A DNA stretch of 64,000 nt. Origin: the human T2T-CHM13v2.0 reference genome, Homo sapiens. The notes below the pieces were generated by a model. The model saw only the letters and a program-made list of their open reading frames with translations, was not told the DNA's origin and searched no databases. Numbering within the stretch: the first letter of the stretch is position 1; every line of letters begins with the position of its first letter. Location of the stretch: the NCBI GenBank assembly GCA_009914755.4, contig CP068257.2, positions 736,001-800,000 of the forward strand, written 5' to 3'. This document shows, piece by piece, positions 1 to 13,610 of this stretch. A program made the translations under genes and the position numbers.

Positions 1-950
1 TCTGCCTAAATTAACTTTGTGACATAACCCTGTACTGATCATCCAGGTGATGGGGCTTTTGTCTAGGCTCTGCCTAAGGGGGCATTGTGACATATTTCTG
101 CATTGATCACCCAGGTGGCGAACTCTTCTCTTGGATCTGCCTATGGGGGCATTGTGACAAATCTCTGCACTGATAACCAAGGTGATGTAACGGTTGTGTA
201 ACCTCTGCCTACAGGGGAATTGTGAGAGATCTCGCCACTGATCACCCAAGTGATGAAACCATTGTCTAGGCTTTGCGTACAGGGGGCTTTGTGACATACC
301 TTTGCACTGATCACCCAGGTGATGTAACACATCTAAGTTCGGCCTAAAGGAGCTTTGTGACATATCTCTGCACTGATCACTTAGGTGATGGAACACTTTT
401 ATAAGCACTGCCTACAGGGAATTTTGACAAATCTCTGCACTGATCACCTAGGTGATGTAACGCTTGTCTACCCTCTGTCCAACGGGGCATTGTGAAATAT
501 CTCTGCACTGATCACCCAGGTGATTCAACTCTTGACTAGGATCTGCCTACAGAGGTTATTGTGAAATATCTCTGCACTGATAAACTAGGTGGTGTAATCC
601 TTATCGAAGCTCTGCCTACAGGGGCGTTTTCACATATCCCTGAAGTGATGACAAAGGTGATGTAACTCTTGCCTAGGCTTTGCCTACAGGGGACATAGGA
701 CATATATCTGCACTGATCACCCAGGTGATGCAACTGTAGCCTAGGCTTTGCCTACAGGGGACATTGTGACATATCGCTTCAATGATCACCCATGTGATGC
801 AACTCTTGCCTAGGCTTTGCCTACAGGGGACATTGTGACATATCTCAGCACTGATGTCCCAGGTGCTGTAACATTAGTCTAGACTCTGGCTACACGGCAT
901 TGTGACATATCACTGCACTGATCAACCAGGTGATATAACTCTTGTCTAGG

Positions 951-1018
951 CTCTGCCTACAGGGGGCTTGTGACATATCCCTGCAATGATCACCCAGGTG
1001 ATCTAACTCTTGTTTAAG
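951..1018. repeat. Representative single 68-bp monomer.
   Basis: ctctgcctac at 951 recurs as ctctgcctaa at 1019 and ctctgcttaa at 1087, so the period is 68 bp. Neighbouring monomers within one HOR differ by about 10-30%. Confidence 0.9.
989..1002. other. Monomer-internal dyad ATCACC-CA-GGTGAT: a perfect 6-bp inverted repeat with a 2-bp spacer. It contains the E-box CAGGTG and overlaps a GATC/BclI site. It is present in nearly every monomer.
   Basis: Read directly at 989-1002. The same motif is visible in essentially every 68-bp unit, about 900 copies in the window. Any function is unknown; I record it only as a conserved sequence feature. Confidence 0.5.
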
Positions 1019-1905
1019 CTCTGCCTAAAGGGGCATTGTGACAGATCTCTACACTGATCACTCAGGTGATGTAACTATTGTCTAGGCTCTGCTTAAAGGG
1101 GCCTTGTCACATACCTCTGCACTGATCACCCAGGTGATGTAACTCTTGTCTAGACTCTGCTTTCACGGCATATTGTGACATATCCATGCGCTGATCACCT
1201 TAGTGATGTAACACTTCTGTAGGCTCGGCCTACAGGGGAATATTGACATATCTCTGCACTGTTAACCGAGGTGATTTAACTCTTGTCTAGGCTGTGCCCA
1301 CAGGGGGATTGAGACATGTCTCTGCACTGATCCCGAGGTGATCCAACTGTTGCCTGGTCTCTGCCTACTGGGGACATTGTGACATATCTCTGCACTGATC
1401 TCCCAGGTGCTGTAACTTTAGTCTAGGCTCTGGCTACACGGCATTGTGACATATCACTGCACTGATCACCCAGGTGATATAAATCTTGTCTAGGCTCTGC
1501 CTACAATGGCCTTGTGACATATCACTGCACTGATCACCCAGGTGATATAACTCTTCTCTAGGATCTGACCACAGGGTGCTTTGTGGCATTTCCCTGCAAT
1601 GATCACCCAGGTGATATACCACTTGCCAAGGCTCTGCCTACAGGGGCATTGCAATGTATCTCTGCACTGATCACCTCGTTCTTGTAACTCTTTTCTAGGA
1701 TCTGCCCACAGGGTGCCTTGTGACGTATCCCAGCAAGGATTACCCAGGTGATGTACCTCTCATCAAGGCTCTGCCTACAGGCACATTGCGATGTATCTCT
1801 GCACTGATCACCTAGGTCATGTAACTTTTGTCTAGGCTCTGCCTACGATGGCATTGTGACATATCTCTGCACTAATCATCCAAGTGATGTAACCCTTGTC
1901 TAGGA

Positions 1906-3879
1906 TCTGCCTAAATTAACTTTGTGACATAACCCTGTACTGATCATCCAGGTGATGGGGCTTTTGTCTAGGCTCTGCCTTAAGGGGGCATTGTGACATA
2001 TTTCTGCATTGATCACCCAGGTGGCGAACTCTTCTCTTGGATCTGCCTATGGGGGCATTGTGACAAACCTCTGCACTGATCACCCAGGTGATGTAACTGT
2101 TGTGTAACCTCTGCCTACAGGGGAATTGGGAGAGATCTCGCCACTGATCACCCAAGTGATGTAACCATTGTCTAGGCTTTGCTTACAATGGGCTTTGTGA
2201 CATACCTTTGCACTGATCACCCAGGTGATGTAACACATCTATGTTCGACCTAAAGGAGCTTTGTGACATATCTCTGCACTGATCACTTAGGTGATGGAAC
2301 ACTTTTATAAGCACTGCCTACAGGGAATTTTGACAAATCTCTGCACTGATCACCTAGGTGATGTAACGCTTGTCTACCCTCTGTCCAACGGGGCATTGTG
2401 AAATATCTCTGCACTGATCACCCAGGTGATTCAACTCTTGACTAGTATCTGCCTACAGAGGTTATTGTGAAATATCTCTGCACTGATAAACTAGGTGGTG
2501 TAATCCTTATCGAAGCTCTGCCTACAGGGGCGTTTTCACATATCCCTGAAGTGATGACAAAGGTGATGTAACCCTTGCCTAGGCTTTGCCTACAGGGGAT
2601 ATAAGACATATATCTGCACTGATCACCCAGGTGATGCAACTCTAGCCTAGGCTTTGCCTACAGGGGACATTGTGACATATCGCTTCAATGATCACCCATG
2701 TGATGCAACTCTTGCCTAGGCTTTGCCTACAGGGGACATTGTGACATAAATCTGCACTGATCTCCCAGGTGCTGTAACATTAGTCTAGACTCTGGCTACA
2801 CGGCATTGTGACATATCACTGCACTGATCAACCAGGTGATATAACTCTTGTCTAGGCCCTGCCTACAGGGGGCTTGTGACATATCTCTGCACTGATCACC
2901 CAGGTGATATAACTCTTCTCTAGGATCTGCCTACAGGGTGCTTTGCGACATATCCCTACAATGATCACCCAGGTGATCTAACTCTTGTTTAAGCTCTGCC
3001 TAAAGGGGCATTGTGACAGACCTCTGCACTGATCACTCAGGTGATGTAACTATTGTCTAGGCTCTGCTTAAAGGGGCCTTGTCACATACCTCTGCACTGA
3101 TCACCCAGGTGATGTAACTATTGTCTAGACTCTGTTTCACGGCATATTGTGACATATCTATGCGCTGATCACCTTAGTGATGTAACACTTGTGTAGGCTC
3201 GGCCTACAGGGGAATATTGACATATCTCTGCACTGTTAACCGAGGTGATTTAACTCTTGTCTAGGCTGTGCCCACAGGGGGATTGAGACATGTCTCTGCA
3301 CTGATCCCGAGGTGATCCAACTGTTGCCTGGTCTCTGCCTACTGGGGACATTGTGACATATCTCTGCACTGATCTCCCAGGTGCTGTAACTTTAGTCTAG
3401 GCTCTGGCTACACGGCATTGTGACATATCACTGCACTGATCACCCAGGTGATATAAATGTTGTCTAGGCTCTGCCTACAATGGCCTTGTGACATATCTCT
3501 GCACTGATCACCCAGGTGATATAACTCTTCTCTAGGATCTGACCACAGGGTGCTTTGTGGCATTTCCCTGCAATGATCACCCAGGTGATATACCACTTGC
3601 CAAGGCTCTGCCTACAGGGGCATTGCAATGTATCTCTGCACTGATCACCTCGGTCTTGTAACTCTTTTCTAGGATCTGCCCACAGGGTGCCTTGTGACGT
3701 ATCCCAGCAAGGATTACCCAGGTGATGTACCTCTCATCAAGGCTCTGCCTACAGGCACATTGCGATGTATCTCTGCACTGATCACCTAGGTCATGTAACT
3801 TTTGTCTAGGCTCTGCCTACGATGGCATTGTGACATATCTCTGCACTAATCATCCAAGTGATGTAACCCTTGTCTAGGA
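1906..3879. repeat. HOR copy U2, canonical 29-mer (1974 bp), subtype K.
   Basis: Landmarks are at 1906 and 3880. Subtype markers are ctaagggggcat preceded by gcttaag..., and tataagacatatatc. Confidence 0.8.
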
Positions 3880-5853
3880 TCTGCCTAAATTAACGATGCG
3901 ACATAAACCTGTACTGATCATCCAGGTGATGGGGCTTTTGTCTAGGCTCTGCCTAAGGGGGCATTGTGACATATTTCTGCATTGATCACCCAGGTGGCAA
4001 ACTCTTCTCTTGGATCTGCCTATGGTGGCATTGTGACAAATCTCTGCACTGATCACCCAGGTGATGTAACTGTTGTGTAACCTCTGCCTACAGGGGAATT
4101 GTGAGAGATCTCACCACTGATCACCCAAGTGATGTAACCATTGTCTAGGCTTTGCGTACAGGGGGCTTTGTGACATACCTTTGCACTGATCACCCAGGTG
4201 ATGTAACACATCTAAGTTCGGCCTAAAGGAGCTTTGTGACATACCTCTGCACTGATCACTTAGGTGATGGAACACTTTTATAAGCACTGCCTACAGGGAA
4301 TTTTGACAAATCTCTGCACTGATCACCTAGGTGATGTAACGCTTGTCTACCCTCTGTCCAACGGGGCATTGTGAAATATCTCTACATTGATCACCCAGGT
4401 GATTCAACTCTTGACTAGGATCTGCCTACAGAGGTTATTGTGAAATATCTCTGCACTGATAAACTAGGTGGTGTAATCCTTATCGAAGCTCTGCCTACAG
4501 GGGCGTTTTCACATATCCCTGAAGTGATGACAAAGGTGATGTAACCCTTGCCTAGGCTTTGTCTACAGGGGACATAGAACATATATCTGCACTGATCACC
4601 CAGGTGATGCAACTCTAGCCTAGGCTTTGCCTACAGGGGACATTGTGACATATCGCTTCAATGATCACCCATGTGATGCAACTCTTGCCTAGGCTTTGCC
4701 TACAGGGGACATTGTGACATATCTCTGCACTGATCTCCCAGGTGCTGTAACATTAGTCTAGGCTCTGGCTACACGGCATTGTGACATATCACTGCACTGA
4801 TCAACCAGGTGATATAACTCTTGTCTAGGCCCTGCCTACAGGGGGCTTGTGACATATCTCTGCACTGATCACCCAGGTGATATAACTCTTCTCTAGGATC
4901 TGCCTACAGGGTGCTTTGCGACATATCCCTGCAATGATCACCCAGGTGATCTAACTCTTGTTTAAGCTCTGCCTAAGGGGGCATTGTGACAGACCTCTGC
5001 ACTGATCACTCAGGTGATGTAACTATTGTCTAGGCTCTGCTTAAAGGGGCCTTGTCACATACCTCTGTACTGATCACCCAGGTGATGTAACTCTTGTCTA
5101 GCCTCTGCTTTCACGGCATATTGTGACATATCTATGCGCTGATCACCTTAGTGATGTAACACTTGTGTAGGCTCGGCCTACAGGGGAATATTGACATATC
5201 TCTGCACTGTTAACCGAGGTGATTTAACTCTTGTCTAGGCTGTGCCCACAGGGGAATTGAGACATGTCTCTGCACTGATCCCGAGGTGATCCAACTGTTG
5301 CCTGGTCTCTGCCTCCTGGGGACATTGTGACATATCTCTGCACTGATCTCCCAGGTGCTGTAAATTTAGTCTAGGCTCTGGCTACACGGCTTTGTGAGAT
5401 ATCACTGCACTGATCACCCAGGTGATATAAACGTTGTCTAGGCTCTGCCTACAATGGCCTTGTGACATATCTCTGCACTGATCACCCAGGTGATATAACT
5501 CTTCTCTAGGATCTGACCACAGGGTGCTTTGTGGCATTTCCCTGCAATGATCACCCAGGTGAAATACCACTTGCCAAGGCTCTGCCTACAGGGGCATTGC
5601 AATATATCTCTGCACTGATCACCTCGGTCTTGCAACTCTTTTCTAGGATCTGCCCACAGGGTGCCTTGTGACGTATCCCAGCAAGGATTACCCAGGTGAT
5701 GTACCTCTCATCAAGGCTCTGCCTACAGGCACATTGCGATGTATCTCTGCACTGATCACCTAGGTCATGTAACTTTTGTCTAGGCTCTGCCTACGATGGC
5801 ATTGTGACATATCTCTGCACTAATCATCCAAGTGATGTAACCCTTGTCTAGGA
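3880..5853. repeat. HOR copy U3, 29-mer (1974 bp), subtype F.
   Basis: Landmarks are at 3880 and 5854. It shares private variants with U8, for example gtctacaggggacatagaacat. Confidence 0.8.
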
Positions 5854-7757
5854 TCTGCCTAAATTAACTTTGTGACATAACCCTGTACTGATCATCCAGG
5901 TGATGGGGCTTTTGTCTAGGCTCTGCCTAAGGGGGCATTGTGACATATTTCTGCATTGATCACCCAGGTGGCGAACTCTTCTCTTGGATCTGCCTATGGG
6001 GGCATTGTGACAAATCTCTGCACTGATAACCCAGGTGATGTAACGGTTGTGTGACCTCTGCCTACAGGGGAATTGTGAGAGATTTCGCCACTGATCACCC
6101 AAGTGATGAAACCATTGTCTAGGCTTTGCGTACAGGGGGCTTTGTGACATACCTTTGCACTGATCACCCAGGTGATGTAACACATCTAAGTTCGGCCTAA
6201 AGGAGCTTTGTGACATATCTCTGCACTGATCACTTAGGTGATGGAACACTTTTATAAGCACTGCCTACAGGGAATTTTGACAAATCTCTGCACTGATCAC
6301 CTAGGTGATGTAACGCTTGTCTACCCTCTGTCCAACGGGGCATTGTGAAATATCTGTGCACAGATCACCCAGGTGATTCAACTCTTGACTAGGATCTGCC
6401 TACAGAGGTTATTGTGAAATATCTCGGCACTGATAAACTAGGTGGTGTAATCCTTATCGAAGCTCTGCCTACAGGGGCGTTTTCACATATCCCTGAAGTG
6501 ATGACAAAGGTGATGTAACTCTTGCCTAGGCTTTGCCTACAGGGGACATAGGACATATATCTGCACTGATCACCCAGGTGATGCAACTGTAGCCTAGGCT
6601 TTGCCTACAGGGGACATTGTGACATATCGCTTCAATGATCACCCATGTGATGCAACTCTTGCCTAGGCTTTGCCTACAGGGGACATTGTGACATATCTCA
6701 GCACTGATGTCCCAGGTGCTGTAACATTAGTCTAGACTCTGGCTACACGGCATTGTGACATATCACTGCACTGATCAACCAGGTGATATAACTCTTGTCT
6801 AGGCTCTGCCTACAGGGGGCTTGTGACATATCCCTGCAATGATCACCCAGGTGATCTAACTCTTGTTTAAGCTCTGCCTAAAGGGGCATTGTGACAGACC
6901 TCTGCACTGATCACTCAGGTGATGTAACTATTGTCTAGACTCTGCTTAAAGGGGCCTTGTCACATACCTCTGCACTGATCACCCAGGTGATGTAACTCTT
7001 GTCTAGACTCTGTTTCACGGCATATTGTGACATATCTATGCGCTGATCACCTTAGTGATGTAACACTTGTGTAGGCTCGGCCTACAGGGGAATATTGACA
7101 TATCTCTGCACTGTTAACCGAGGTGATTTAACTCTTGTCTAGGCTGTGCCCACAGGGGGATTGAGACATGTCTCTGCACTGATCCCGAGGTGATCCAACT
7201 GTTGCCTGGTCTCTGCCTACTGGGGACATTGTGACATATCTCTGCACTGATCTCCCAGGTGCTGTAACTTTAGTCTAGGCTCTGGCTACACGGCATTGTG
7301 ACATATCACTGCACTGATCACCCAGGTGATATAAATCTTGTCTAGGCTCTGCCTACAATGGCCTTGTGACATATCTCTGCACTGATCACCCAGGTGATAT
7401 AACTATTCTCTAGGATCTGACCACAGGGTGCTTTGTGGCATTTCCCTGCAATGATCACCCAGGTGATATACCACTTGCCAAGGCTCTGCCTACAGGGGCA
7501 TTGCAATGTATCTCTGCACTGATCACCTCGGTCTTGTAACTCTTTTCTAGGATCTGCCCACAGGGTGCCTTGTGACGTATCCCAGCAAGGATTACCCAGG
7601 TGATGTACCTCTCATCAAGGCTCTGCCTACAGGCACATTGCGATGTATCTCTGCTCTGATCACCTAAGTCATGTAACTTTTGTCTAGGCTCTGCCTACGA
7701 TGGCATTGTGACAAATCTCTGCACTAATCATCCAAGTGATGTAACACTTGTCTAGGA
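5854..7757. repeat. HOR copy U4, 28-mer, deletion type A (1904 bp).
   Basis: Landmarks are at 5854 and 7758. It carries the same monomer deletion as U1 and U9. Confidence 0.8.
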
Positions 7758-9662
7758 TCTGCCTAAAGTAACTTTGTGACATAACCCTGTACTGATCATC
7801 CAGGTGATGCGGCTTTTGTCTAGGCTCTGCCTAAGGGGGCATTGTGACATATTTCTGCATTGATCACCCAGGTGGCGAACTCTTCTCTTGGATCTGCCTA
7901 TGGGGGCATTGTGACAAATCTCTGCACTGATCACCCAGGTGATGTAACTGTTGTGTAACCTCTGCCTACAGGGGAATTGTGTGAGATCTCGCCACTGATC
8001 ACCCAAGTGATGTAACCATTGTCTAGGCTTTGCGTAAAGGGGGCTTTGTGACATACCTTTGCACTGATCACCCAGGTGATGTAACACATCTAAGTTCGGC
8101 CTAAAGGAGCTTTGTGACATATCTCTGCACTGATCACTTAGGTGATGGAACACTTTTATAAGCACTGCCTACAGGGAATTTTGACAAATCTCTGCACTGA
8201 TCACCTAGGTGATGTAACGCTTGTCTACCCTCTGTCCAACGGGGCATTGTGAAATATCTCTGCACTGATCACCCAGGTGATTCAACTATTGACTAGGATC
8301 TGCCTACAGAGGTTATTGTGAAATATCTCTGCACTGATAAACTAGGTGGTGTAATCCTTATCGAAGCTCTGCCTGCAGGGGCGTTTTCACATATCCCTGA
8401 ATTGATGACAAAGGTGATGTAACCCTTGCCTAGGCTTTGCCTACAGGGGACATAGGACATATATCTGCACTGATCACCCAGGTGATGCAACTCTAGCCTA
8501 GGCTTTGCCTACAGGGGACATTGTGACATATCTCTGCACTGATCTCCCAGGTGCTGTAACATTAGTCTAGACTCTGGCTACACGGCATTGTGACATATCA
8601 CTGCACTGATCAACCAGGTGATATAACTCTTGTCTAGGCCCTGACTACAGGGGGCTTGTGACATATCTCTGCACTGATCACCCAGGTGATATAACTCTTC
8701 TCTAGGGTCTGCCTACAGGGTGCTTTGCGACATATCCCTGCAATGATCACCCAGGTGATCTAACTCTTGTTTAAGCTCTGCCTAAAGGGGCATTGTGACA
8801 GACCTCTGCACTGATCACTCAGGTGATGTAACTATTGTCTAGGCTCTGCTTAAAGGGGCCTTGTCACATACCTCTGCACTGATAACCCAGGTGATGTAAC
8901 TCTTGTCTAGCCTCTGCTTTCACGGCATATTGTGACATATCTATGCGCTGATCACCTTAGTGATGTAACACTTGTGTAGGCTCGGCCTACAGGGGAATAT
9001 TGACATATCTCTGCACTGTTAACCGAGGTGATTTAACTCTTGTCTAGGCTGTGCCCACAGGGGGTTTGAGACATGTCTCTGCACTGATCCCGAGGTGATC
9101 CAACTGTTGCCTGGTCTCTGCCTACTGGGGACATTGTGACATATCTCTGCACTGATCTCCCAGGTGCTGTAATTTTAGTCTAGGCTCTGGCTACACGGCA
9201 TTGTGACATATCACTGCACTGATCACCCAGGTGATATAAATCTTGTCTAGGCTCTGCCTACAATGACCTTGTGACATATCTCTGCACTGATCACCCAGGT
9301 GATATAACTCTTCTCTAGGATCTGACCACAGGGTGCTTTGTGGCATTTCCCTGCAATGATCACCGAGGTGATATACCACTTGTCAGGGCTCTGCCTACAG
9401 GGGCATTGCAACGTATCTCTGCACTGATCACCTCGGTCTTGTAACTCTTTTCTAGGATCTGCCCACAGGGTGCCTTGTGACGTATCCCAGCAAGGATTAC
9501 CCAGGTGATGTACCTCTCATCAAGGCTCTGCCTACAGGCACATCGCGATGTATCTCTGCACTGATCACCTAGGTCATGTAACTTTTGTCTAGGCTCTGCC
9601 TACGATGGCATTGTGACATATCTCTGCACTAATCATCCAAGTGATGTAACCCTTGTCTAGGA
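7758..9662. repeat. HOR copy U5, 28-mer, deletion type B (1905 bp).
   Basis: Landmarks are at 7758 and 9663. The cgcttcaatgatcacccatg monomer is missing at ~8490-8530. The boundary reads aaagtaac. Confidence 0.8.
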
Positions 9663-11636
9663 TCTGCCTAAATTAACTTTGTGACATAACCCTGTACTGA
9701 TCATCCAGGTGATGGGGCTTTTGTCTAGGCTCTGCCTAAGGGGGCATTGTGACTTATTTCTGCATTGATCACCCAGGTGGCGAACTCTTCTCTTGGATCT
9801 GCCTATGGGGGCATTGTGACAAATCTCTGCACTGATCACCCAGGTGATGTAACTGTTGTGTAACCTCTGCCTACAGGGGAATTGTGAGAGATCTCGCCAC
9901 TGATCACCCAAGTGACGTAACCATTGTCTAGGCTTTGCGTACAGGGGGCTTTGTGACATACCTTTGCACTGATCACCCAGGTGATGTAACACATCTAAGT
10001 TCGGCCTAAAGGAGCTTTGTGACATATCTCTGCACTGATCACCTAGGTGATGGAACACTTTTATAAGCACTGCCTACAGGGAATTTTGACAAATCTCTGC
10101 ACTGATCACCTAGGTGATGTAACTCTTGTCTACCCTCTGTCCAACGGGGCATTGTGAAATATCTCTGCACTGATCACCCAGGTGATTCAACTCTTGACTA
10201 GGATCTGCCTACAGAGGTTATTGTGAAATATCTCTGCACTGATAAACTAGGTGGTGTAATCCTTATCGAAGCTCTGCCTACAGGGGCGTTTTCACATATC
10301 CCTGAAGTGATGACAAAGGTGATGTAACTCTTGCCTAGGCTTTGCCTACAGGGGACATAGGACATATATCTGCGCTGATCACCCAGGTGATGCAACTCTA
10401 GCCTAGGCTTTGCCTACAGGGGACATTGTGACATATCGCTTCAATGATCACCCATGTGATGCAACTCTTGCCTTGGCTTTGACTATAGGGGACATTGTGA
10501 CATATCTCTGCACTGATCTCCCAGGTGCTGTAACATTAGTCTAGACTCTGGCTACACGGCATTGTGACATATCACTGCACTAATCAACCAGGTGACATAA
10601 CTCTTGTCTAGGCCCTGCCTACAGGGGGCTTGTGACATATCTCTGCACTGATCACCCAGGTGATATAACTCTTCTCTAGGGTCTGCCTACAGGGTGCTTT
10701 GCGACATATCCCTGCAATGATCACCCAGGTGATCTAACTCTTGTTTAAGCTCTGCCTAAAGGGGCATTGTGACAGATGTCTGCACTGATTACTCAGGTGA
10801 TGTAACTATTGTCTAGGCTCTGCTTAAAGGGGCCTTGTCACATACCTCTGCACTGATCACCCAGGTGATGTAACTCTTGTCTAGCCTCTGCTTTCACGGC
10901 ATATTGTGACATATCTATGCGCTGATCACCTTAGTGATGTAACACTTGTGTAGGCTCGGCCTACAGGGGAATATTGACATATCTCTGCACTGTTAACCGA
11001 GGTGATTTAACTCTTGTCTAGGCTGTGCCCACAGGGGGATTGAGACATGTCTCTGCCATGATCCCGAGGTGATCCAACTGTTGCCTGGTCTCTGCCTACT
11101 GGGGACATTGTGACATATCTCTGCACTGATCTCCCAGGTGCTGTAATTTTAGTCTAGGCTCTGGCTACACGGCATTGTGACATATCACTGCACTGATCAC
11201 CCAGGTTATATAAATCTTGTCTAGGCTCTGCCTACAATGGCCTTGTGACATATCTCTGCACTGATCACCCAGGTGATATAACTCTTCTCTAGGATCTGAC
11301 CACAGGGTGCTTTGTGGCATTTCCCTGCAATGATCACCCAGGTGATATACCACTTGCCAAGGCTCTGCCTACAGGGGCATTGCAATGTATCTCTGCACTG
11401 ATCACCTCGGTCTTGTAACTCTTTTCTAGGATCTGCCCACAGGGTGCCTTGTGACGTATCCCAGCAAGGATTACCCAGGTGATGTACCTCTCATCAAGGC
11501 TCTGCCTACAGGCACATTGCGATGTATCTCTGCACTGATCACCTAGGTCATGTAACTTTTGTCTGGGCTCTGCCTACGATGGCATTGTGACATATCTCTG
11601 CACTAATCATCCAAGTGATGTAACCCTTGTCTAGGA
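9663..11636. repeat. HOR copy U6, 29-mer (1974 bp), subtype R.
   Basis: Landmarks are at 9663 and 11637. Markers are gtgacttatttctg and ccttggctttgacta. Confidence 0.8.
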
Positions 11637-13610
11637 TCTGCCTAAATTAACTTTGTGACATAACCCTGTACTGATCATCCAGGTGATGGGGCTTTTGTCT
11701 AGGCTCTGCCTAAGGGGGCATTGTGACATATTTCTGCATTGATCACGCAGGTGGCGAACTCTTCTCTTGGATCTGCCTATGGGGGCATTGTGATAAATCT
11801 CTGCACTCATCACCCAGGTGATGTAACTGTTGTGTAACCTCTGCCTACAGGGGAATTGTGAGAGATCTCGCCACTGATCACCCAAGTGATGTAACCATTG
11901 TCTAGGCTTTGCGTACAGGGGGCTTTGTGACATACCTTTGCACTGATCACCCAGGTGATGTAACACATCTAAGTTCGGCCTAAAGGAGCTTTGTGACATA
12001 TCTCTGCACTGATCACTTAGGTGATGGAACACTTTTATAAGCACTGCCTACAGGGAATTTTGACAAATCTCTGCACTGATCACCTAGGTGATGTAATGCT
12101 TGTCTACCCTCTGTCCAACGGGGCATTGTGAAATATCTCTGCACTGATCACCCAGGTGATTCAACTCTTGACTAGGATCTGCCTACAGAGGTTATTGTGA
12201 AATATCTCTGCACTGATAAACTAGGTGGTGTAATACTTATCGAAGCTCTGCCTACAGGTGCGTTTTCACATATCCCTGAAGTGATGACAAAGGTGATGTA
12301 ACCCTTGCCTAGGCTTTGCCTACAGGGGACATAGGACATATATCTGCACTGATCACCCAGGTGATGCAACTCTAGCCTAGGCTTTGCCTACAGGGGACAT
12401 TGTGACATATCGCTTCAATGATCACCCATGTGATGCAACACTTGCCTAGGCTTTGCCTACAGGGGACATTGTGACATATCTCTGCACTGATCTCCCAGGT
12501 GCTGCAACATTAATCTAGAGTCTGGCTACACGGCATTGTGACATATCACTGCACTGATCAACCAGGTGATATAACTCTTGTCTAGGTCCTGCCTACAGAG
12601 GGCTTGTGACATATCTCTGCACTGATCACCCAGGTGATATAACTCTTCTCTAGGATCTGCCTACAGGGTGATTTGCGACATATCCCTGCAATGATAACCC
12701 AGGTGATCTAACTCTTGTTTAAGCTCTGCCTAAAGGGGCATTGTGACAGACCTGTGCACTGATCACTAAGGTGATGTAACTATTGTCTAGGCTCTGCTTA
12801 AAGGGGCCTTGTCACATACCTCTGCACTGATAACCCAGGTGATGTAACTCTTGTCTAGCCTCTGCTTTCACGGCATATTGTGACATATCCATTCGCAGAT
12901 CACCTTAGTGATGTAACAGTTGTGTAGGCTCGGCCTACAGGGGAATATTGACATATCTCTGCACTGTTAACCGAGGTGATTTAACTCTTGTCTAGGCTGT
13001 GCCCACAGCGGGATTGAGACATGTCTCTGCACTGATCCCGAGGTGATCCAACTGTTGCCTGGTCTCTGCCTACTGGGGACATTGTGACATATCTCTGCAC
13101 TGATCTCCCAGGTGCTGTAACTTTAGTCTAGGCTCTGACTACACGGCATTGTGACATATCACTGCACTGATCACCCAGGTGATATAAATCTTGTCTAGGC
13201 TCTGCCTACAATGGCCTTGTGACATATCTCTGCACTGATCACCCAGGTGATATAACTCTTCTCTAGGATCTGACCACAGGGTGCTTTGTGGCATTTCCCT
13301 GCAATGATCACCCAGGTGATATACCACTTGCCAAGGCTCTGCCTACAGGGGCATTGCAATGTATCTCTGCACTGATCACCTCGGTCTTGTAACTCTTTTC
13401 TAGGACCTGCCCACCGGGTGCCTTGTGACGTATCCCAGCAAGGATTACCCAGGTGATGTACCTCTCATCAAGGCTCTGCCTACAGGCACATTGCGATGTA
13501 TCTCTGCACTGATCGCCTAGGTCATGTAACTTTTGTCTAGGCTCTGCCTACGATGGCATTGTGACATATCTCTGCACTAATCATCCAAGTGATGTAACCG
13601 TTGTCTAGGA
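11637..13610. repeat. HOR copy U7, 29-mer (1974 bp), subtype Y.
   Basis: Landmarks are at 11637 and 13611. Markers are gatcacgcaggtgg, tgataaatctc and gacagacctgtgcactgatcactaagg. Confidence 0.8.

Larger units (their letters stand above)
1..1905. repeat. HOR copy U1, 28-mer, deletion type A (1905 bp).
   Basis: The next landmark is at 1906. The monomer ...cttgtgacatatctctgcactgatcacccaggtgatataactcttctctagg... is absent, giving the fused sequence ctgcctacagggggcttgtgacatatccctgcaatgatcacc at ~955-995. Confidence 0.8.

Noticed and set aside
5848-6261. Recurrent 137-aa minus-strand ORFs (MLIKVFHHLSDQCRDMSQ...), about 25 copies, as a multicopy gene family.
   Set aside because: Each ORF spans about 6 consecutive satellite monomers in shifting frames. 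They have no start context and an internally periodic peptide, and they exist only because the minus strand is stop-poor. They are artefacts of the repeat.
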